Below, piece by piece: positions 56,001 to 64,000 of a stretch of DNA of 64,000 nt. The stretch comes from Lama glama. Taxonomy: Eukaryota. The notes under the pieces are model-generated. The model ran no database searches and was not told the origin of the DNA. It saw only the letters and a list, made by a program, of their open reading frames with translations. A program made the position numbers and the translations under genes. The stretch lies in contig CM052823.1 of NCBI GenBank assembly GCA_028534125.1, positions 620,001-684,000 of the forward strand, written 5' to 3'. Each line of letters opens with the position of its first letter. Position 1 is the first letter of the stretch.

Positions 56001-59000
56001 CATGCTGAGAAAGCCAGACATGCCCCTAGCCATCACTGCGGCGCCCGAGTCTCGTGGGGGTCCGGCTTCCCCAGCCCACCGCCCCCATCAGGCACCCCTA
56101 AGCTCCCCTTTCTATGAAGCTTTCCATACACAGAAAATACCTTGACATATCAACTGCATACCACATACCATGCATGCAGACGTGGATGTGTATGTAACGT
56201 TCTAAGGTCTCAGTAACAACGTGCATGCGCGCGATAGAACCGCAGGACAACCCCACTTGGTGTCAGCCTGGAGTCCCCGCCGAGCCAGGTGGTGGTGCCA
56301 ACCCCCTGGCTGCAGCAGCTCCGAACAAACCAGCAGCCTTCGCCTGTTCCCGCCTGGGTGGCAGTTGAGCACTTCTGCAAGGAGCACAGGACGGACTCGT
56401 CTACTGCTCTCAGGCACCCGTGTGGAGACAGCACCCGGGACCCTGCATGGGAGGCAGCGTGCTGGAAGGCGGGAGCCTCCTTCCTGGGCCTCCTGGGCTG
56501 TGTGACCAGGCAAGTTACTCTGCCCCCTCTGTTCTCCATCTGTAGTGACAGCATGTGTCTCAAGAGGGGCAGCAGGGTTCCCTGTGCAGGAACTGGACCC
56601 CGAGGGCACTGCATGAGCACGTTAAGACTCACGTGGCTATTGTAATACCCGTCCTAGGAAGCCTGGCTCTCTGCCCTCCGGCCCTGCTCAACCCGGCCCA
56701 GCCCAAGGCCCGCAGCCCGGCCTGGAGAGCTAGACGGGGCGAGGCCACAGGGACCTTCCCTGGGCTAGGTCTCACCAGGTCTCCCCCTGTCCATCCTGCC
56801 CTGGGCGGGGCCTCCCGTGGGCCATAGCCTCCTGCAGGCGGGGCCACAAGCTCAGGAATGCGTTCCCTGTTCCCAGAGCTCCCCCAGATGAAGGGCGTGG
56901 CCAGCCTGCCCTGGGCGGGGCCCCCATGGGGCGGGGCCTACGCAGGGATTTGGAATTGCTGAGCTTTACTGCAGCCAGCAGCGGACTTTACAAAAGCAGA
57001 CCCTTCTGGGGCACCCAGGGCCCAAGAACCTGCTGCTCAGGCCAGACCTGTCCATCGGGCTACTGCAGGGTCGGATGCTTCAGCGCCCTCCAAACAGTCC
57101 GCCCCCGCCCCCCTCTTTCCCCTGCACCAGAAGAACCATAGAGGCAGGAGCCTCCTGCAGAGGGAGACCCGGGGCCCTGATATTGGTGGGACGTTGCCTG
57201 TTTTCGGCCATTAACATGCAGTTTCCATGGGGCCGGGGTCATGCCTTACCCTTCGTTCTGGGAGGTAGGGTCTCCCTCAGAGCCTTCCTTGTGTCAGCCC
57301 ACCGACCTAGGCATCCTGCTCGTGGGCACTCACCCAGCCCACACGGAGGCCGCCTCCTTGGACATCTGTCTGGCTTTCCTCCTGTGCCTGGGACCAGCCT
57401 GGCACGGTGATGCCCGCACCTCCACCTGGGCGCCCACATGCCTGGGCAGCTGTGTGATTCATGGGAAGCCACCGCCCCTGCCTGGCAGTAGACAAACTGT
57501 GTGTGTGTGTCACGGACAGGGTCAAAGGGGTCCCCCAGACCTCAGAGACCAGCTGTGCATATGGAGAAACTGAGCCAGAGGGGGGAAGCCTGTCCAGGCA
57601 GGCACCGAACACCAAGCTGTGTCCTGGGCACAGGCTGCTGGGAGGCCCTGCACGGGTCCATCCATCGGGCTTCAAGCTGCATGGCAGGGTGGGGAAGCCC
57701 AGATTCGGGACCAAAGCTTAGCGCCTTGTGGAGCTGGGTAATGGCTTCCGTTCCTGGATCCCTGCAAGGGCAGGCGGAGGGGCTCTAGGGATGGGGCGGG
57801 GGCCAGGCCTAAGGAAGGCACTTGAGATGGGGGGCCAGTTGCCCGAGGCTGGGGAGGCAGCTTCAGGGTGGCTCTGCCAGCATCGGTACACGGGCTGGGG
57901 TGCTTCTGGGCCCAGAGCCAGCGAGGGCGGGGGCAGGGTGCACAGAGCAAGCTTGTCTTCCCCCGGGGTGGGCGGCAGAATGGCAGGAGCGGGGTTCCGG
58001 AACTCGGAGGCAGGGGCTGCCACACTGTATTTTTAGCTCCTACAAGAACCCAAATTTTTCCACTGCTTGGCAACCCTTGGATTACATTCCTGGCAGCTCC
58101 CTGGAGCTCAGGGGCAGCCCAGGCCCTGCCACGTGGGAGGGGGAGCTGATGCTGTCCTGCTGTGAGCCCCCTATTGCTTTACGAATCTCCTTTTGAGCCG
58201 CCAGCATGTGTGTCATCTTCCCGACGAGGCCACAAGCCCTCAGGGGACCTTGACTGACCTGTGTGGGTCACCTGCTGTGGGCTCATCCCAGGCAGGGGTC
58301 CTGCACACAGTGGGCCTTAGGGAAGGAACAACTGAGTGTCCACCCATCGCCCGCCTGTCCGCCTGACGCCAGAAGCAGAGTGCACAGGACCTTGGGTGGG
58401 CAGTGTCCTCAGTGCTCCCTGGCCCGTCTTGTATCCAAGGAGCTCCACCTGCAGTCTCCAGGATGGGGTGCAAGGTCCCTGACTCCCAAGCCCTGCATGT
58501 GAGGAGGTGGGCTGGCTGCCACGGAGTCCAGCAGGAGGACAGAAAGGGCCCGCTGGGATGCTAGGCGCGCCGTGTGGGATTTCAACCACATGAAGTGTGA
58601 CATGTCACGCAGGACACTCACTGGACCTTAAAAGAAGCTGCATCCAGGGCAAACGTGGTCCTTCTCACAGTTAGAGCGAGCGAAATGGCAGAAGGGGACC
58701 AGAAGCATCTCACAGAGGGAGCTGGCCTCAGAGCAGGCTCGCCCTCAGCTCCGGTCATGGGGGGGTCTCCTCCAGGCCGGGGTCCCGAGCTGGTCAGCAC
58801 TGAGAGCTGGGGGACACCAGTGGTCAGGGGAGCCAGGCCAGGGCTCAGTCCACTCTGCCCCAGAATCTGGGGACAGGTCAGAGTGATGACAGACATGGCA
58901 TTACCTGGCCCGCTGGCACCCTCCCTGGACCCAACCTTCCTGGCTTAGGAGTAGAAGCCGGTGAAAGCCACAGAGAGGTCGGCCCTGGTGCAGGGGTCGG

Positions 59001-62000
59001 GGGGGTGGGAGGACTGATTCGGAGCAGGCTGGCGGTGCTGCCCCTGCCCTGGGCTCACTGGAAAGAGGGTCTGCGCAGTGCAGCCCTGAGCCAGGCACTG
59101 TGTGTGTCTGGGTTTTGGGAATGGGCTGGGGGAGACCTGGGACTGGCTGACTCCAGTGCGGGGAGAGGGCAGGAAGGGCGGAGGCACGCCCAGAAGGAAG
59201 CTGGACTTCCACTTCCACCTGCACTCTCAGGGACCGATCTGTCTTCGCCTCCCACTGTCATCCTATACCTGGGCCTCGGACTCCCGGCTGCACGAAGAGC
59301 AAGGCTAATGGTGAGCTCCCGGAGGGACTGGCCACCTCTGACACTGTCAGGGTTCTGGTCTGGATCTTGGGGGGCCGACGCCGGAGGGGACCGCCTGCCT
59401 CTCCCAGCAGAGGGAGCGGCACATGGGCTGAAGACAACAGTGGCCACCGCCACCTTCCGTGGCTGAGTCGGTTATGACAACGAACACTAGAGGGGAGTGA
59501 TGTGTACAGACCTGTGGTGGGGGGGAGGCAAGGTAAGGAACCTGTGGCCCCGCAGGTGGCAAGGTGGTGTTAGGCCACCGTTTCTACCCGGAGGAGTCCA
59601 CTGGGCTGCGTGCAGGCCTCTAGCCCGCCACCAGAGTCCCCTCTGCCTGGGTTCTCTCCACGGAGACCAGATGAAGCTCTGAGATGCCTCCTCCCAGAGG
59701 CCCCAAGTCCCTCCCCTGCCCCTGTGCTGTCCTCAGGAAAGGCCTCTCCCAGAGGGGAGGACCCCTGGTGTCCAGGGAAGGGAAGGGGTAGGCCGGGCTT
59801 CAGGCCCTGATCGCCCTGGCTTGTTCAGGGTATTGGGATGGGACGTGAAGGCTGCCCACTGCCGGCCCCCCTCCCCCTTGTCCCAGATCCAGGCTGCCTG
59901 CCCAGAGTAGGGAGGACAAAGCTGCAGATTGAAGCTGGGGGAGGGGCCCCAGCCACACAACCCGGCACTGCCAGGGGCTGCAGCCAGGTCCCAGGGCAGG
60001 GTTCCAGTGGGGACCAGGCTCTGCCGCTGACCGGCCATGTCCCTTGGACAACCCACAGGATGTCCTGGGCCCTGGTTCCTGTCCTCACGCTGGGATGAGC
60101 AGTCAGCAACCCCCCCATCCCGCCCCTTGGTCTACCAACAGACTGACAAGATGCTGCCTGTAAAGCAGGCCCCTGATTGTTGGAAAGTGCAGCATCCAAC
60201 CGTCCAGTAGTCCGCTCCCCCCGACATCTCCTTGGCCATGCGGCCGGGCTGCTGGGCCCGACACCGAGCTGGGAGGGAGCATGCTCCTCCCCAGTCCCTG
60301 CTCAGCATCCCTGGGCCACCTGCTGGCGCCAGGAGCCCAGCCCTACCAGGCAAGTGAGGCCTAGAGCATCGGGGACAAGATGCTGGGTGCTGTTCCGGCC
60401 AGGTATGGAGAGGCCAGGTCCACGCTGGGCTGGGCTTTCTCATCCGCACGACGGCCAGAAGTTCTCCCAGAACCTCGGGTTGGCTGAGCCAGTACCACCT
60501 GCACAGGTGCCCGGCCAGTCTGGCCAGCAAGGCCCCTCCCAGGCTGCCCCCTCCTGCTGTCAAAGGTGACCCCCAGGTCCCGCCTCTGGGTCTTTGTCTT
60601 GGGTGCTCCTCCCATCACCGGCCACCTCCCACAGGCAGCCCCTCCCTGCGCTGCCTCCCGCTTGAGGGCCTGGCTCAACCCTAGGGGAATAGCCTGGAAG
60701 GACCAGGCGGGGGCCATGGGTGTCCCCAAGGAGGGCAGCATCCAACCTGGGCACTCGGGGCTGCTGTTCTGCCAGTCACGTCTGTGCAGGTGGGGCGGCC
60801 GAGCCAGGCGGGGGGCGGCGGGGGAAGGGGGAGCACCCCCTCCCCACCCTGGGGCCGGGTGAAGAGCAGATGTCTGCTTCCTGGCTGCTGTGCGCAGGCG
60901 GCAGTGCCAAGCTGTACTTGGAGCAGAAACGGGGACACGGGCATGGGGACATGGTGGTGGGCGAGGCAGGCTGCACACTGAGGCCACATCCCAGGGCCCC
61001 AGAGCACCCAGGACCAGGCAGGACAGAGAGACTGAGGCCCTCTCACATGGCGGGGCAGGGTCCAGGCTGGCATCTACCAGCAGCTGGCAAGGATCCCAGG
61101 TCGAGCTGAGGCATGCAGAAACCCCTGCCCCACCAGCTGGGCCAGCTGGACTGTGTGTGTGCGGAGGGGAGGGGACCAGCACTGCTGGGGCATGCAGAGG
61201 GGCTGGCGCTGGCCTCTGCCCACAGTGGTGGAGCGGGTGCTCGAAGGCCAGGAGGGGAAACCACCACCCCACGCTGTGTGTGCAGGCGGAGGGGGACGTC
61301 TGGCCCTCTCCTCCTCCCTGACCCACGTGCCTGGATCAACCATAGGGTTAGCCTCTGAGGTCAGGCCTCAGCGGCACCATCTGCAAAGTGGGAAAAGCAG
61401 AGCTGGCCTCCACCTCCCCAAGCCTGCTTCCGGCCGGACTCCCACCCACGGAGGGCTTCGCTCCATGGCCCGGGTCAGCCCGGCCTCCCAGCTGCGCGAG
61501 CAGTGCACACCTTCCCTGTGGGGCTGGCCCAGGCACAGCCTCGCGGGAGTGGATGGTCCTGCGGTCTGCCCTCCCACCCTCCCTGTCCCTCCTTTTCCAC
61601 TGGGGCCCAGCTTACAGGAGGCAGGTGCTGGAGGCACTCAGGTGCAGCTGGGAAATTTGTAGGGGCGGGAGGGGCAGGCAGAACAGGAGGGCAGCCTTGG
61701 CCCTTGCCCTGGGCCATTCTGTCCTCGACAGCTCTGGGAGAGGGGCCTTTCCATCAGTTACCCACCCGCAACGGCCCCCTCTGCCAGGAAGACCCACTGC
61801 CTCAATGGATCAGCAGCTCCGGGGCGCAGCTGCCTGTCTGCACAGCCTGCTCTGTTCTGGGCTCACACCGGTGGGCGCCCGAGGTGGGCCCGCACCGTCC
61901 CACCTGTGCTGGATGTGGGGGGGTGCTGCTGGGCGGGACCTGGTTCTCTGAACGCCCAGAGTGACGGTGCCCACGGGCGTCTGCTCCTGTGGGAACTACG

Positions 62001-62989
62001 TGGTGACTGGGAGAGGGGGGTGCTCACCTGGAGCCGGCCAGTTCTCCCCCGACCCTGGGGAAGCGCTGTCTGCCCAGCGTGGTGTACACCACACCGGCCC
62101 ACCGCAGCAGTGGGGGGCACGAAAGCCAGCCCACACAGTAGGAGCTTTATAAACGCAGGCACCAATTCTGCAGCCAATCACCCCGTGTCTGTTTCCTCTT
62201 CCACGGAACAGAGATTATGGGGCACCACCCTCACAGAGGGCAGGAGGCTCAGAGACGATGGCAGGCTAGTCCATTCACTCCTCTCCGTTTATTCAGCCCA
62301 CAGGCTTTCAGACTGCAGGGGAGCTTTGCCTCTGAGCACCCCCAAAAGCCAGGGGCTTGAGCTCACCTCACAGGGCCAGGGCCAGAACCAGGCCAGCTGT
62401 GCCCAGGGCCCAGTTATCATCCATCCGCGCCGCGCCTTCACAAACCAGCTAACTTTCCCAACCCGGAAAACAACTGCACTTTAATGAAAGGCGAACGGAG
62501 TCTATTTAAGGTAGGACTCCCAGGTCCGCAGGCGAGGTGTGTGCACGCAGCTCCGACATCCTGTCAACACCTCCACAAAGTGGGGGACCCACACTTGATG
62601 GTTAACTCTTTGCTGGGAAGGAGCGAACCCTCGACAGACAGGCAGCCCCACCTGGTCACCTCGCTTCACTCCCCCTGCAGCACCCCCGCTGCCTGCCTGC
62701 TCACCCTGCTGACCTGTCACTCCCAGAGCTGGGAGTCCTGGGGAAGGGCTGGCAGGGGAGAGGCCCACTGCTGCACCAACCTGGCTCTTTCAGCAGAAAG
62801 TTGATGCTGACCTGTGAGAGGTGGAAGCAGTGTGAGGTCTCAGACACCAGACCTGAACCCAAATGTTGACAGGTACTACACTAGGGCTGCTCCGTGCACA
62901 GCCTGAAGGCCTGCTGCCCTGAATGGCACCGTGACAGGGTTGGGGGCCTTCCCTCTGGGTCCCTGATGGAGCCACTGTCCCCACCCTGC

Positions 62990-63040
62990 AGAGAGCAGAT
63001 GGGGAAACTGAGGCCCAGAGAAGGCAAGTGTCCCGGCAAG
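62990..63040 (+). mobile_element. MIR SINE core fragment (other short MIR-like remnants near 43820, 54130, 56500 and 57560)
   Basis: cagatggggaaactgaggcccagagaagg is the MIR core motif. Confidence 0.65.
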
Positions 63041-63599
63041 ATCCCACTGCCCAGAGGGAGAAGAGGGCGGGGCTGGTGGGGAGAGGACTTCCCAACTCCA
63101 GCTCCTGCATGGGTGTGCCTGACCTCTGGCCTCGTTCCTGGTTCCTGGCTGGGGCACTGTCATGGCCATCTTAGACACTCACTCCTGGTGAATTTGGCTG
63201 GGATAGGGCACTATTGCTGTGGTCGCAACTCAGACTGGCCACCATGGGTCCCACAGCCTCAGGAGGCCAGGCAGAGGGTCTACCCAGCTGGGGCGACTTC
63301 CCTCCTGGGGTTATGGTTACTCCCCGAGTTCCTCCGCAGGAAAGCAGTCCAGGGGTGAGACCACAGGGCCAGCCTATCAGCCCCACCCGGGGAAAGCGAG
63401 AGCAGTGATGGGGGCTCGCTCCCCCAAGGCCTGCCTGTGGGTGTGCCAGGACCCTGCGTGCGCCCACCTGCATTCACGCAGCTACAGACCGAGCAGCCCC
63501 GTCGCAGTGCCTTGGGTGCCACCAGGGCGGCGGACCCAAAGTTGAAGTTTATTTTCCCAACTGTGGCTGATTCATGCTCAGGATGTGGGAGCCACGAGG

Positions 63600-64000
63600 A
63601 GGGGAAATTCTGCCGGCACCGGGCAGGGCGGAGGCCCGGCCGACACTCGGCCCACCGCCTGCGGGCAGTGCGCGCTCGGGCAGAGTCTCCGCGCCGGGGC
63701 GGCAGTCCGGGGTGGGGCGCGAGCCGGCGGGGCCGCGGCGCCAGGGGGATCCCCGCCCAGGTGCCGGGATCCCGCAGCCCTGCGTCGCTAGGCTGCTCGC
63801 CGCCACCCGGGGCGCACACGCCGCTGCCCCAACCCCAATCCCCAGCCCCACGCATCGCCATCACCCGGACTCAGTTTCCCTGCGGCTCCTGCTAGGCCCA
63901 GAGGGCGCGGACTTACCGGGAGGAGAAGGCGGCTGAGGGCGGGGGTGCAGCCAGCTCTCTATCCGGGTTGGGTAAGGGCTGCCGACAGCCAGCCCACCGC
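63600..64000. promoter_or_regulatory. INF2: INF2 CpG island (continues beyond the window)
   Basis: CpG-dense sequence flanking exon 1. Confidence 0.8.
63917..64000 (-). other. INF2: INF2 non-coding exon 1 (5' UTR, truncated by the window edge)
   Basis: Consensus donor CCG|GTAAGT at 63911-63916 inside the CpG island; resembles the human INF2 5' UTR as I recall it. Confidence 0.8.

Overview
Mammalian genomic DNA, very GC-rich, orthologous to the human 14q32.33 block INF2-ADSS1-SIVA1-AKT1 and shown here in reverse orientation. Three tRNA-Ala-derived SINEs resembling Vic-1 point to a camelid. The window holds the end of the AKT1 3' UTR (+ strand, AATAAA 798-803) and three minus-strand genes whose exons I traced by splice signals and reading frame. 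SIVA1 has 4 coding exons (172 aa). ADSS1/ADSSL1 has 13 exons (457 aa). INF2 has a non-coding exon 1 cut by the window edge, coding exons 2-21, and alternative CAAX (1204 aa) or non-CAAX (1195 aa) C-termini. Nearly all other ORFs in the six-frame track are GC-content artefacts. I see no evidence of a new biological system. The most notable observations are a 9-aa in-frame deletion in INF2 exon 19, a GC-AG intron, 64-nt and 69-nt introns (one stop-free and in frame), tandem NAG acceptors, a multi-level nested transposon stack with target-site duplications and an intact solo LTR, a MEF2/NKX2-5/GATA/E-box cluster 2 kb upstream of ADSS1, and a possible divergent lncRNA from the SIVA1 promoter. Comparisons with human and mouse are from memory and need alignment to confirm.
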